Shown: in pieces, positions 8,785 through 20,800 of the stretch
How positions within the stretch are numbered: position 1 is the stretch's first letter
How the letters are laid out: each line of letters opens with the position of its first letter
NCBI GenBank assembly: GCA_045124495.1
Contig: JBGVLX010000051.1
Span: 5,502-69,501, forward strand
From: Lachnospiraceae bacterium
GTDB lineage: Bacteria; Bacillota; Clostridia; Lachnospirales; Lachnospiraceae
Length of the DNA: 64,000 nucleotides
Direction of reading: 5' to 3'
Made by a program: the position numbers and the translations under genes
The notes under the pieces: model-generated
Told to the model about the DNA's origin: nothing
What the model saw: the letters and a program-made list of their open reading frames with translations, nothing else
Database searches by the model: none

Positions 8785-11709
8785 TTATTCTGTTGAAGTT
8801 ACTTCACTTGAAACAGATTCTGTCGTTGGCTCTTGTGTACTTATAGAAGGCTCTTCTGTAGTCGGTTCCTGCTTAGGTACAAAAGAAATTGTAATCTGAA
8901 GATTCTGGCGAACCTGTCCCACAACATACGAATTAGAGTCATGATATGCTTTTGGTTCTTTTCCGTTTACCAAAATTTTATCTATCTGATAACCATCCTT
9001 TGGTATAACAATAAACTGTAAAGAACCTCCTCTTGGAACAGATGAAGACCCTATGCTGACAGTTCCACCCTCTCCAATAGAGGTAACAACCGTAAACGGT
9101 CCTTCGCCTCCATCTCCTTCTAACACGAAATCAGTTTCCACATTCAAAGATTCCGGAGTCAAATGAATATCACAAGTTGTATCTTTAAATTTCTTCGGTA
9201 ACTGATACGGAGTATCTGCAGTAGCTTTATCCTCATTTCCTTCTTCCCGGACAATATAAATCCTTTCCGAAACATCAGGACAAAATTCTGTAGCCGGAAG
9301 TCCTGTATCATTACATATCTTTACTTTAACATGATGATTACAGGTTTCTGTAGGAACTGTTCCTTTTGCAAAATACTCAACTCTTACCTGACTTCCTCTT
9401 GGATCACTATCACAAATTCCATCAATGGCCAAAAGTCCGGACTTTTGACAAATCGCGGCAGAGGTAATATCAGAACAACTTGGGAAATTTATCACTTCCT
9501 GTTGTTTCAGTTCGATTACCTGATCCATAATCGTTTTCCACATAAGTAAATGACCGGAAACCGTATTTAATTCTGTATTTATATCATATCCCATCCAAAC
9601 AGAAGCTGTATAATATGGGGTATATCCACAGAACCACAAATCATATTCATTTGAAGTAGTACCTGTTTTACCTGCTACCGGCATTCCACTGCTAAGACGA
9701 GCTCTTCCTCCTGTACCTCTCGAGCCGGTCACAACATCCTTCATGGCACTGGTAATTAACCACGCTGTAGACTCTTTCATGACTCTTGTAGAAGTAGGAG
9801 TATTCTCTAAAATCACATTTCCGTCATGATCCAATACTTTGGTATATAGAATCGGCTTATTATATACACCTTGATTTGCAATGGATGCATAAGCAGCCGT
9901 AATATCAATATTCAATACACCATCTGTAATACCACCCAACGCAGTTGCCAGCTGCCGGTCAGAATACACTCTTCCATCACTTCCGGTTCTGCTGTCTACC
10001 AAGGTGGTAATTCCCATATTTTTCATATAGTCAAAACCTACGTCCGGTGTTACATCTGCAAGACATTTTACCGCAACAATATTCATAGAATATTCAATGG
10101 CCTGTCTTATAGTAGAATAACCAAGATAAGACGAACCATACCAGTTCCGTACCATCTTACCTGAGGTATTATTACCATAGTAGTATTCACAGTCATCATA
10201 AACTGTAGCTAACGTCTTTCCTGCTGTATCAATTGCAGGAAGAAAGGCTGCTAATACTTTAAAAGTTGAGCCCGGTTGTCTCTTTGCCTGAGTTGCTCGG
10301 TTTAAAGAACGGTTCGTGGTCTTTTCGCCACGTCCACCTGTTAAAGCCAGAACCTTTCCTGTACTTTGTTCCATTAAAACAAAGGACGATTGTGGCTGAA
10401 TGGTGGTCTTCATACTTTCTCCAAGGGAAACATCCCCCTCCTGGGCGATAATTCCCTTATATTCCTCTACAATGGCTTTTGCCTTATCCTCATTGCCAAA
10501 AATCAATGAGAAATTAGGATCTATTTTGGAATAATAACTTAAAATATTAGTATGGGAATAATTCTCTACTGTTCCATCTGCCCTTTCTACTGAATACAAC
10601 CATTCCAAAGAAACTTCTGTACTTCCGGAATAATATTCCGGATTATTTACAACCGAATCACAGATTGCCTGAATTTCAGGATCCTGGGTAATATAAATAC
10701 TAAGCCCTCCTGTATAAATGGCATTTGAAGCCTGGGTTTCTGTATATCCGATTGCAATCAGATCATCAATTACCTGTTCAATTACGGCATCCACAAAATA
10801 ACTGTTGATATCACTTTCCTGTGACTGCTGTTCATCATAAAACTGGATTCTTTCATAAACATTATCCGCCACAGCCTCATCATATTCTTCCTGGGTAATA
10901 TAACCTTGTTCAAGCATATAATCTAGTACAATCTGTCTACGGACTGCATTGTTCTCCGGATGTGCGATGGGATCATATTTCGTAGGACTCTTAGGAATTC
11001 CCGCCAAAACAGCACATTCCGAAATGGTCAAATTTGAAATACTCTTTCCAAAATAAGTATTTGCTGCCGCTTCCACACCATGAGCACCATGTCCTAAATT
11101 TATGGTATTTAAGTAATACTCAATAGTATCTTCTTTACTCATTTTCTTTGTAAGTTCAATTGCCAGGTATTGTTCCTGAATCTTACGTTCCAGTTTCTGG
11201 ATACCACTCTCGTTCAAACCAACATCAAATACATTATTCTTAATTAACTGTTGTGTAATGGTACTTGCACCCTGATCAAATTTAAATCCGTTTTTTACAC
11301 CGGAAACAGCAGCTCGAAAAATACCTTTCATGTCTATGCCGTTGTGAGTCCAAAAACGTTCGTCTTCGATCGCCACAAAAGCATCTACTAAAATCTTAGG
11401 CATTTCGTTATATTTCATATAGACACGGTTAGAATCATATCTGGATAAAGTTTTTACTTCTGTACCATCTTCATAATAAATCGTGGTCTGGAACCCTTCC
11501 GGCTGGACATCTATAGCATCAATATCCGGAGCATTATCTATAATTCCCCGAAACATACCAAATCCGGCACCAATTCCCATGACTACAATAGCCAGAAATC
11601 CAACAATCAAGCCTTTGAAACACCATACACCAATTTTTCTTTTATTCTTACCAGCTTTAGAAACTAATGATTTTTGCTTCTTTTTCGCCGATTTTTGATT
11701 GTAGTTCAC
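8785..11709 (-). CDS. Class A penicillin-binding protein (glycosyltransferase plus transpeptidase) with a long C-terminal extension
   Basis: GT51 motifs EDERFWTHNGID and GASTITQQL. Transpeptidase motifs STFK, SMN and KTGTT. N-terminal membrane anchor. Confidence 0.92.
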   Translation of the reverse strand: MNYNQKSAKKKQKSLVSKAGKNKRKIGVWCFKGLIVGFLAIVVMGIGAGFGMFRGIIDNAPDIDAIDVQPEGFQTTIYYEDGTEVKTLSRYDSNRVYMKYNEMPKILVDAFVAIEDERFWTHNGIDMKGIFRAAVSGVKNGFKFDQGASTITQQLIKNNVFDVGLNESGIQKLERKIQEQYLAIELTKKMSKEDTIEYYLNTINLGHGAHGVEAAANTYFGKSISNLTISECAVLAGIPKSPTKYDPIAHPENNAVRRQIVLDYMLEQGYITQEEYDEAVADNVYERIQFYDEQQSQESDINSYFVDAVIEQVIDDLIAIGYTETQASNAIYTGGLSIYITQDPEIQAICDSVVNNPEYYSGSTEVSLEWLYSVERADGTVENYSHTNILSYYSKIDPNFSLIFGNEDKAKAIVEEYKGIIAQEGDVSLGESMKTTIQPQSSFVLMEQSTGKVLALTGGRGEKTTNRSLNRATQAKRQPGSTFKVLAAFLPAIDTAGKTLATVYDDCEYYYGNNTSGKMVRNWYGSSYLGYSTIRQAIEYSMNIVAVKCLADVTPDVGFDYMKNMGITTLVDSRTGSDGRVYSDRQLATALGGITDGVLNIDITAAYASIANQGVYNKPILYTKVLDHDGNVILENTPTSTRVMKESTAWLITSAMKDVVTGSRGTGGRARLSSGMPVAGKTGTTSNEYDLWFCGYTPYYTASVWMGYDINTELNTVSGHLLMWKTIMDQVIELKQQEVINFPSCSDITSAAICQKSGLLAIDGICDSDPRGSQVRVEYFAKGTVPTETCNHHVKVKICNDTGLPATEFCPDVSERIYIVREEGNEDKATADTPYQLPKKFKDTTCDIHLTPESLNVETDFVLEGDGGEGPFTVVTSIGEGGTVSIGSSSVPRGGSLQFIVIPKDGYQIDKILVNGKEPKAYHDSNSYVVGQVRQNLQITISFVPKQEPTTEEPSISTQEPTTESVSSEVTSTE

Positions 11710-11933
11710 TTTGCTTCCTCCTTTTCATTTCTCCATTATAGCAAATTTGTTTCCATTAATAAAGGAAAATTTATTTTTATTTTATCCCGGCTTTTTTTCG
11801 CTTTACGAAACAAAAAATATATTATAAAATGAAACTGTTCCGAAAAAAAGAATCCTAACATCCATTTGGGAAATGCCCATAGAAAGGCTTATTTCTTTTA
11901 CCGGAACCCATCAATTTCGAAAGGACTTTCATT

Positions 11934-12584
11934 ATGTTACAATATTACCGAACCATATATCAGGATGGCACAGGAGAATACGTGGAAAAAAAGTCCCGTT
12001 TTATTGCCAATGTATTTTCCATTACTTCAGAGGATGATGCCATCGCTAAAATAGAACAAATTAAGAAAAAACACTATGATGCAAGACACCATTGTTTCGC
12101 ATACAGTCTTTGTGGCACTCCCGCCATTCTTCGTTTCAGCGACGATGGCGAACCTTCAGGCACCGCCGGAAAACCTATATTAGAAATCATTACCACAAAT
12201 GAATTATTTCATACCTTAATTGTAGTAACAAGGTATTTTGGCGGAACCTTATTAGGCACCGGAGGACTGGTGCGAGCATATACTGCAGCTGCAAAAGAGG
12301 GACTTGCAAATAGTGTCATCATAGATAAATACCTTGGAAATGTCTTTACTTTTAAAACCGATTATTCCCTTCTTGGTAAGATACAATATTTATTTGGTAT
12401 GAATCAAATTTCTGTTTTAGACACAAATTATCAGGAAGATATTTTTTTCAAAATACTACTCCCTCTAGATATTCAGAATAAGATAACAAAAGAATTAACA
12501 GAAATAAGTGATGGTAGTATCATCCCTGAAAAACAAGAAGAAACATATTATGGTAAAATTGGAGAGGAAATTATTTTGTTTTAA
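11934..12584 (+). CDS. YigZ/IMPACT (UPF0029) family protein
   Basis: KKSRFIANV...ARHHCFAY...DDGEPSGTAGKPIL are the conserved IMPACT-family blocks. Confidence 0.8.
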   Translation: MLQYYRTIYQDGTGEYVEKKSRFIANVFSITSEDDAIAKIEQIKKKHYDARHHCFAYSLCGTPAILRFSDDGEPSGTAGKPILEIITTNELFHTLIVVTRYFGGTLLGTGGLVRAYTAAAKEGLANSVIIDKYLGNVFTFKTDYSLLGKIQYLFGMNQISVLDTNYQEDIFFKILLPLDIQNKITKELTEISDGSIIPEKQEETYYGKIGEEIILF

Positions 12585-12604
12585 AACAATGGAAAGGAAT
12601 TCAC

Positions 12605-13558
12605 ATGAAGCATTACACCCTGCAAATATTTCAAATTAAAAATTGTTTTTTTCGCTGTTTTCCTTCCATACTGATTCTTTGTATATTAAGTTTTATTTTT
12701 ATAAAATATCCTGTTTTTAGTCAATTGACTTCTACCGAAGTAAGCAGCCTTCAGGAAATTTCTGAAAATGTAGAAACCGGAAATGGCTGTGTTAAATTAT
12801 CCGTTTCTTCCTTAACCTTTACCGGGTATGCATACAAGGAAAAAGGCAGTATCAAAGGAGGATATTATTACACCTTTTTAGAGAATAAATGTCTTTTTGT
12901 TCTAGTAAAAAACAAAGAATTACCTAAGTTCATAGAAAACAGTTCCATTAAAGGTAAGGTAGAAGAAGGAGGAACGATTTATCAGTCTTTTGTCAGTGAA
13001 TTTTCAAAAGACTCCGCCTTGGAACCAGAGGCTTTATCCCAAATTGCCCTGCCATATTACATCAACGAGATTCATTATCCTTATTTTTCCCATATTGTCA
13101 CCTGGTGCATTTTACTGATACCATTGTTATTAAGCACATTTAATATCTTCCTATCCTTTTATTATTATTTTCATCCGGAAAAGAGTACTATGGGAAAGAA
13201 TCTGTCTTCCTATGGAGACATCAGTTATTATATTAAAACCATAAATATGCAATGTTATCATAGCCTGGTATATAGGAATACCAATATTTTAATTACAGAC
13301 GATTATATGATATATACTACCTTAACTGACACGATTATCATTAAAATTGCAAAAATATTATATATTTCCAAACATATTCTCCCAAAGAAAAAATGGGCAG
13401 ACAAATTGACACCAAGTTATAAATTAACCTTATCCGATCATAATGAAATGTTAAATGAATTTATTTTTCATGATGAAAAGGAAATTGACGAGATTATGAA
13501 TGTATTAATTACCCTTTGTCCAAATATCGATAACAAAACCTTGGAATATTGGAAATAA
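12605..13558 (+). CDS. Hypothetical membrane protein
   Basis: 317-aa ORF after GGAAAGGA. It has one N-terminal and one or two central hydrophobic segments. I recognise no family. Confidence 0.55.
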   Translation: MKHYTLQIFQIKNCFFRCFPSILILCILSFIFIKYPVFSQLTSTEVSSLQEISENVETGNGCVKLSVSSLTFTGYAYKEKGSIKGGYYYTFLENKCLFVLVKNKELPKFIENSSIKGKVEEGGTIYQSFVSEFSKDSALEPEALSQIALPYYINEIHYPYFSHIVTWCILLIPLLLSTFNIFLSFYYYFHPEKSTMGKNLSSYGDISYYIKTINMQCYHSLVYRNTNILITDDYMIYTTLTDTIIIKIAKILYISKHILPKKKWADKLTPSYKLTLSDHNEMLNEFIFHDEKEIDEIMNVLITLCPNIDNKTLEYWK

Positions 13559-13608
13559 GAATTAAATATAAAAAACAGCGTCAAAATACCTTTTGACACT
13601 AATTAATA

Positions 13609-13668
13609 AACCTCAATCATTTTATAGCTTTTATCTATTCTGATTTAAAGCCCTAAATGATTGAGGTT
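13609..13668. terminator. Long hairpin between the convergent 12605..13558 gene and queF
   Basis: AACCTCAATCATTT (13609-13622) pairs with AAATGATTGAGGTT (13655-13668) across a 32-nt loop, and a T-run follows on the plus strand. A second 7-bp hairpin, GTCAAAA/TTTTGAC, lies at 13580-13597. Confidence 0.4.
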
Positions 13669-13687
13669 ATTTTTACACTTCTTAAGA

Positions 13688-14185
13688 TTAACGATTGTCT
13701 ACTGTTTCCGGATACAAATCATGGTTTGCCAGACGGTTCCACGCCACCTCTTCCCATTTTGTTCCAGGTTTTCCATAGTTACAATACGGATCAATGGAAA
13801 TCCCCCCTCTTGGGGTAAATTTTCCCCATACTTCGATGTATTTAGGTTCCATTAATGCAATCAAATCTTTCATAATAATATTCACACAATCCTCATGAAA
13901 ATCCCCATGATTCCGGAAACTAAATAAATATAATTTAAGTGATTTGCTTTCCACCATCTTAATATCCGGTACATAAGAAATATAAATCGTTGCAAAATCC
14001 GGCTGTCCGGTCATGGGACAAAGACTGGTAAATTCCGGACAATTAAATTTTACAAAATAATCATTCCCCTGATGTTTGTTTATAAAACTCTCCAACACCC
14101 TCGGGTCATAATCCTTTGGATATTCCGTCTTTTTGCTTCCAAGCATGGTAATACCTTCTAGTTCCTTTGCATTTCTTCCTTCCAT
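13688..14185 (-). CDS. queF: NADPH-dependent 7-cyano-7-deazaguanine (preQ0) reductase
   Basis: 165 aa. [23 protein letters not shown] and [20 protein letters not shown] are QueF type I signatures. Confidence 0.92.
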   Translation of the reverse strand: MEGRNAKELEGITMLGSKKTEYPKDYDPRVLESFINKHQGNDYFVKFNCPEFTSLCPMTGQPDFATIYISYVPDIKMVESKSLKLYLFSFRNHGDFHEDCVNIIMKDLIALMEPKYIEVWGKFTPRGGISIDPYCNYGKPGTKWEEVAWNRLANHDLYPETVDNR

Positions 14186-14187
14186 TT

Positions 14188-17100
14188 TTAACCTCCAAAA
14201 TCTACTTTTATTTCTTTTTCCAAAGTAAAAGAGTAAATATAACTCTCCTTCACCTTTTTCCCTGTCAGCTGTTCTAACACTTTTTTATAATACCATATCT
14301 GATCCTTGTATAATTTTATTAAGTATTCTTCACTTAATTTTCCCCAGGCCCTGTCCGTTTTATAATCTACCAGCACTAATCCGTCTTCTTCCTCAAAATA
14401 TAAATCAATGATTCCTTGTACTAAAACCATTTCCTTTAAATCCGATTTCGGATCAATTTCTGACATCGGCATGGCTGACATAAATTGTGCCTCTTTAAAC
14501 AACTTCCCCTTTTCATCTGCTACTTTCATTCGCTTTCCTAATTCTGTCTCAAAAAGATGATACAAATTTTGAAAATTGATGCAGCTTAATATTTCCTTTG
14601 ATATTTTTCCCTCCGAAACCAACTTTGAAGCGGTATTTTCCAATTCTTTTGCACTGCTTATTTTCCGAAAATCCATCATTTCATATAATTTATGAACCAA
14701 AGTTCCTCGTTTCGCAGGTTTTAACCCTTCTTTTTCAGCTAAAAAGTCTGGACATGGAATTTCATCCTCTGGTGTTTTTTTATCAAAAAGCTTTTCCTTT
14801 TCTTCCTGACGTTTTTCCAGATCCATCCCTAATTTCTTCAATTCTGATACTGAATATTTTCCTTTTTGGATGGTTTCCGGATAGAATGGATAATTCCATT
14901 CTAATTCCCTTTTCCGTTCCTTCCATTCCTCAGAATCCTTTTCCCTTTTCGCAAGATTTTTTAATTTATCCAAACGAATGGTTTCTTTTATGATAACTTC
15001 CGCTTTTTTCTGCACCAGATCCTCCATTGTTACGATGGAAACTTCATATTTCCCTATTTCTTTCGATAAAACACTAAGAATCCAATCCAGGTAAGAACTT
15101 TGAAACTCTAATTCGCTTAATGTAACACCTTTTAAGTGACAGGAATCTAGTCCGGAATTATCCTCCGTTTCCTTTTTCATATAACCAAGACATAAATCCA
15201 GTTCCGGCGAACATTTCTTTTGACACCCTGTTAATATAAGTTTTTCCCTTCCTCTTGTCATAGCAACATAAAGAATTCTGATTTCTTCTGCTAAGTTTTC
15301 CAACAACAGATGTTTGTTAAAAATAGACCTTATGACGCTCTTTTCTTTTATCCTTTCTTTTATATTATAAACAAATCCGGCCAGATAAAAATCCGGATGA
15401 ATCACAATATTCTTTCGTAAATCCATCTGGTTAAATTTTCTACCAAGTCCACTGACAAAACAAATCGGAAATTCCAATCCCTTACTTTTATGAATACTCA
15501 TAATACGTACTACATCTTCTTCATCGCCTAATAATTTAGCTTCTCCAAAGTCCACATCATGTTCACGAATTTTCCTCATATAGGATAAAAAGTGAAACAA
15601 ATCACCTTTTTCTGCTTTTTCAAAGGCCTTCGCTTTTTCCATCAGAAAATAAAGATTTCCTTCCCTGATTTCTCCCTTTTCCATGGCTCTGACATAATAT
15701 AAATATCCTGTTTTTTCATAGCAAAAATGAATGAGTTCTCCCAAAGACAATACTTCTTTTTCACGTTTTATCTCATCTAGCACCTGAAGGAAATTTTTTA
15801 TTTTTTCAGAAAGTATATCCTCGCTTTGAATTGCATATTGTTCCATTCTTTCAAAAAAAGAAATCTTCTTATTTTCTTTAGAATAAATCTTGATTTTCGC
15901 CAATTCTTCAGAAGAAAGCCCCACAATTGGACTTTTTAAAACTGTCACCAGTTCAATATCAATGTAACGGTTATCAATGATATTCAAAAATGCCAGCATG
16001 GTTTTTACTTCCATAGTCTGAAAATATCCTTTTGAAGAGTCTGTAAAACAAGGGATCTGTTCCTCCAACAATACCTCTTCCATCACATCCGACCATCCTT
16101 TCAGACCTCGAAGTAAAATTACCACGTCTTTGTACATGGCTTTACGGTACGCATTTTTCTTCTTATCATAAACATATTGGGGATGTTCACCAAAAAGCAT
16201 TTCTTTTATCTTGTTTGCAATCATTCTGGCTTCTAATTCACTCTGGGAAAGCTCCGTTTCTTCCCCTTGAATTACAACCATCAGTTCCGTCTTCCCCCCT
16301 GCTTTTTCTACTGTTTCAGGATATGGAAAACCTGTTGCTAAAGCCACCGAATCATCATATTCAATTCCCCCCATACTCTCCTTCATGATACTTTTGAAAA
16401 TATGGTTTATGTCCATAAGAAGTGCGTGCCTGCTTCTGAAATTATCCCTTAATTCTATCAGTTCCCCATTCTTATCAGAATTTTTATAATCGTGATATTT
16501 ACTCATGAAAATTTCCGGTTTTGCCATACGGAATTTATAAATGCTTTGCTTCACATCCCCTACCATAAAACGATTCTTCTGGCCTTCTTTGTTTTTGGCA
16601 ATGGCAGAAAGAATATATTCCTGAATATAATTACTATCCTGATACTCATCAATCATGATTTCCTCATAATAATCTGACAATTCCTGTGCCACATCACTTG
16701 GAACAAAACTCCCGTCTTCATCGTAACTTTCTATCAGAATTTCTAAAGCAAAATGTTCCACATCACTAAAATCATAACAATTCTTTTCCTGTTTCAATTC
16801 CAGATACTTTTCCAAAAACCGGGTACAGACCTCGATATAACCATTCATTACCGGAGCCAGCTCTCTGATTTCTTCCATGATTCCCTCTAAAGACTTTGCA
16901 AACATCTGCTCACCCAGATTTTTTACTATCTTTTTCACAGTTTCTCTTAATTCCTTTGCAGAATTAATCAGATGTTCCTGCATATCATCCTTTTTTCTGG
17001 CAAGGGTTGGAAATTTTAGATTTTTCAGAATTTTTACCATCTCATCAAAATCAGAAACAGCGAGCAATTCATCTATGATAGAAATATCCTCCCGTACCGT

Positions 17101-17844
17101 AGTGCTATACGTATATGGGCCACCCGGTTTTTCTGTCAGTTTTAATATCCTAAGTTCCAGTTCTTTTGCTTCTGCCAACCTTTCCTTTGCGTATCTTATA
17201 CAGAATTGAATCCATGGCTCTTTGCTTAACTCTTCCCTTGACTGAATCGAAAATAACTCTTTGGCTCGCTCTAGCCATTTCTCCGGTCTTGGATCGCTAG
17301 AACAGTATTCATACAAATTTTCTACCATTTCCTCTAATACGGCATCTGTTTTTCCTGATACAAAACTTTCCACAAAGGCTAAAAATTCCGGTGATTTTTG
17401 CTCATAAGCTTCTTCTAACACTTCCTGCATTGCCTTTTCTTTTAAAATAGTCAGTTCCGATTCATCTCCAATTCGAAAATTCGGATCTAACCCTACTTTT
17501 AAAAAATGAGATTTTACTAATTGATAGCAAAAGCTGTCAATCGTCATAATCTGGGCATTAGGCAAAAGAGAAAGCTGCTTTGCCAAAAAATCATTGGCAA
17601 CTTCTTCTTTCATCTTATTTTCAATGGTTTCTCCAATCCGTTCCCTCATTTCAAAAGCTGCAGCCTTTGTAAAAGTTACTAGTAAAAAACGATCCACGTC
17701 CACCGGATGTTCCTTATCCATCATCCGATTCATCATTCGTTCTACTAAAACTGCTGTTTTACCGGCACCAGCCCCCGCAGAAACCAATAAATTCTGATTT
17801 CTTGCATCAATCACCCTTCTTTGTTCCCTGGTCCAATCTGGCAT
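14188..17844 (-). CDS. addA: ATP-dependent helicase/nuclease subunit A
   Basis: 1218 aa. UvrD-type Walker A (AGAGAGKT), a C-terminal RecB-type nuclease region, and position directly after addB. Confidence 0.95.
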   Translation of the reverse strand: MPDWTREQRRVIDARNQNLLVSAGAGAGKTAVLVERMMNRMMDKEHPVDVDRFLLVTFTKAAAFEMRERIGETIENKMKEEVANDFLAKQLSLLPNAQIMTIDSFCYQLVKSHFLKVGLDPNFRIGDESELTILKEKAMQEVLEEAYEQKSPEFLAFVESFVSGKTDAVLEEMVENLYEYCSSDPRPEKWLERAKELFSIQSREELSKEPWIQFCIRYAKERLAEAKELELRILKLTEKPGGPYTYSTTVREDISIIDELLAVSDFDEMVKILKNLKFPTLARKKDDMQEHLINSAKELRETVKKIVKNLGEQMFAKSLEGIMEEIRELAPVMNGYIEVCTRFLEKYLELKQEKNCYDFSDVEHFALEILIESYDEDGSFVPSDVAQELSDYYEEIMIDEYQDSNYIQEYILSAIAKNKEGQKNRFMVGDVKQSIYKFRMAKPEIFMSKYHDYKNSDKNGELIELRDNFRSRHALLMDINHIFKSIMKESMGGIEYDDSVALATGFPYPETVEKAGGKTELMVVIQGEETELSQSELEARMIANKIKEMLFGEHPQYVYDKKKNAYRKAMYKDVVILLRGLKGWSDVMEEVLLEEQIPCFTDSSKGYFQTMEVKTMLAFLNIIDNRYIDIELVTVLKSPIVGLSSEELAKIKIYSKENKKISFFERMEQYAIQSEDILSEKIKNFLQVLDEIKREKEVLSLGELIHFCYEKTGYLYYVRAMEKGEIREGNLYFLMEKAKAFEKAEKGDLFHFLSYMRKIREHDVDFGEAKLLGDEEDVVRIMSIHKSKGLEFPICFVSGLGRKFNQMDLRKNIVIHPDFYLAGFVYNIKERIKEKSVIRSIFNKHLLLENLAEEIRILYVAMTRGREKLILTGCQKKCSPELDLCLGYMKKETEDNSGLDSCHLKGVTLSELEFQSSYLDWILSVLSKEIGKYEVSIVTMEDLVQKKAEVIIKETIRLDKLKNLAKREKDSEEWKERKRELEWNYPFYPETIQKGKYSVSELKKLGMDLEKRQEEKEKLFDKKTPEDEIPCPDFLAEKEGLKPAKRGTLVHKLYEMMDFRKISSAKELENTASKLVSEGKISKEILSCINFQNLYHLFETELGKRMKVADEKGKLFKEAQFMSAMPMSEIDPKSDLKEMVLVQGIIDLYFEEEDGLVLVDYKTDRAWGKLSEEYLIKLYKDQIWYYKKVLEQLTGKKVKESYIYSFTLEKEIKVDFGG

Positions 17845-20800
17845 TTATTTTTCCTCCTTTCTTTTTTCTATTTCCTCTCCCATAAGTTCCATGGCTTTTA
17901 CTTTTGTCAGTTTTCTATAATCCCGGCATCCATTGATTCTTGCATCAAAATGACAAATTCCACTGTAGCCACAATATTCACAAGGATTCTTATCATCCGT
18001 ACGAACCGGATTAATTTCAATTTCTCCTTCCTGAATGGAAGCAACTATTTCTTCCGCCTTATACTTCGCATAATTTTGCAGCATTTTTATACTGTCATTG
18101 GAAAGTACTTTTGAATTAGCCGAAATTTCTCCTGCTTTCGTATAGGAAACCGGAATTACCAGTTTCTTTCCATCTGCTGCACTTTCCAAATGTGAAATAC
18201 AGCTATAGTCCAGATTCGCATATCCTTCTAATTTCAACTCTTTCAATAACGTATCTTCTATACTTTCCTTCTCTTTTCGTTCCACATAAGGGTCTTTTAA
18301 TTCATAATAGAAAAATCCGGCTGGTATCACCTGCTTTTCCTCTTGTTTATTTTTTTCTATCTGCATCATGGCATTCATATAAATAATCAGCTGCATACGG
18401 ATTCCGGCATAAAAATCCACCAAATCAAAGGTAGTGGCTCCGGATTTATAATCCACGATTTTTAAATAAACCTTATCCTCATCTTCATACCGGTCAACAC
18501 GATCAATAATGCCCTTTAATTCCAAAGAATTCCCTTCCGTTTCAATGACAGTATCCGTCAAAATGTTCCGGTTATGTTCAAAGGATAATTCAAAATGGGC
18601 CGGATTAAAATCTCCTCTTAATATCTGTTTTTGTAATGCCCAGGCAGTTCTTTTAGAAATACGTTTAATATGATGAAGCATATATTGATTCCGGCTGTTG
18701 CTTTCAAAAATATCAGTATCATATTTTGCAACCACCTGATCCACTAATTCTTCTATTTTTGCGTCCCGTTCCTGATCCTTTAAACTTTTCCATAAATCAT
18801 GGTCTGTTGCCTCTTTTGAAAACATATCTATAACATCATGAAAAATTGTACCTAACTGCATGCTGTTAACCTTGTATTCTTCTCTTTCTTTTAATTCCAG
18901 CCCATATCGCACAAAATAAGAAAAGGGACATTCGGCATATCGTTCCAGCAGGGAAACACTATAATTTTTGTATAGCTCATAAAGCTTACCTGCTGTTTCT
19001 TTTTCCAAACCTAACTCTTCATTTTTATATTGCTTTCCCTGTATCATAAGAGATAAAATTCTTTTTGCATCCTCTCTTTCATTTAAAAAGCCATAAAGCA
19101 GGGCAAGTTCTTTTTCCTCTTCTTTCGTAAGAGAATCTTTTTTCCAAAGTAACAAAAACCTTTCAAGAAAATGTTCTAACGTAAATTCTCCTTTTGGTTC
19201 CACATTTCCTATCACGGTAATTTGTGGAAAGATTTTCTTTAAACGTGATAATACATAAGATGTTCTTAAGCTGCCTTGATCCCTTCCCGTCTTGGAAAAA
19301 GACAGGTAAAGCTTCTCACTTGGTTTGCTTAGGCACAGATACAGGTAATATTGTTCAAAAAAGGTCTGTGTTTTCTGGTTAAATGCCAGTTCTAGTCCTT
19401 TGTCACCAATGCTTTGTCTTTCCATGTCATTGAAAATTCCGGAATTTTCCTTACTCGCTGGCACAATTCCATCGTTCATATGCAAAAAGAACAATACCTT
19501 TATATTACTAATTCTGGTTCGTTGCATATCTCCAACAATAACCTGATCCAGACTCGGCGGAATCACTCCAACAGAAATCCCGGAAAAACCTGTTTCTAAT
19601 ATCTGCCTTACTTCCTTTAGCGGAAGTTCTTGCTCTCCCAATATGGTTACCATTTCATCAAAAAGCTCCATTACTTTTTTGTAGAGCTTACTATCTGCCT
19701 TAGCCTTGGCTATCTCTCCCTTATTTTCCAAGACTTCACAACGCTTACGAATCCTTTCATACATCTCATGATTTACTATAAAATCATATAATGCTTTTAC
19801 TATTTCTCTTACCGTAACATGTTTTTTACCAATTGCTTCTTCTAATTGTGAAACCTCATCTATCAAAATACTACGTATTTCATTGATTTTTTCTAAAGAA
19901 TCCTCCTGCATGTATCTGAGTCTTCTTTTAAACTCTCTTTGATACCTGTTTTTTCCACGTATTCCGGTAGCAAGAATATAGTTTTCCAATTCCTCCACCT
20001 GACTAGAATCAAGCCGTGAAATTCCCGATTTTAAATATAAAAAAACAGACTCATAAGAATAGTTTTTTTCTATCATTTCCAGTACGCCTAAAATTCCTGT
20101 CATCAATGGATGCTGGCTGTATTGCTGATTTTGATCAAAAAAGAATGGAATATCCAGCTTTGTAAAAATGCTTTCTACTTCCTTCCGACTACCTTCCAAA
20201 TCACCACAAATAACCGCAAAATCACGATAATGATAATGATTACTACGTACCATCCGGGCAATGGTTTTCGCCGCAAAATCCATTTCCTCTTTCGGGTTCA
20301 TCACAGAAACCAGCTTGATATCCTTTGTCTCTTCCTCCCATGTAGTAAAGGGATACTGAAACAAACTCCTCTCCAAATTTAACAATTCCTTAGAATCCTG
20401 AAAACGATATGGTGTATTTAAATAGGTTTCCTTTATTTCTCCCCCACGGCGGATTGCCAATTCTTTTAATTTGGTAGCTGCAATTTTACTAAAATAAAAA
20501 AGTTGATGTTCCTTTACCTTTCCTTTTATTGTCGCTTCCTCCATAGTTAAGGTGCATACTATTTTCTTTACATATTTCATAAGCTGATCTAATAAAGTAT
20601 ATTGTATTGGCGTAAATCCGGTATAGGAATCCAAATAAATGGTCGCCCCCTGTAACATTTTTGAACCAGGAATCAGATTTCCTAATTCATAAAGAATTTG
20701 TTCTCCCACCAGATATTTTCCTTCTACTTCTTTTAAAAAAGCTTCATAAATCAAGGCAAGATCTTTGCATTTATAACATAATGCACTTCCCTCTCCCAAT

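Noticed and set aside
14186-14200. preQ1 riboswitch upstream of queF
   Set aside because: The queF start lies 2 nt from the addA stop, so there is no non-coding space for an aptamer.
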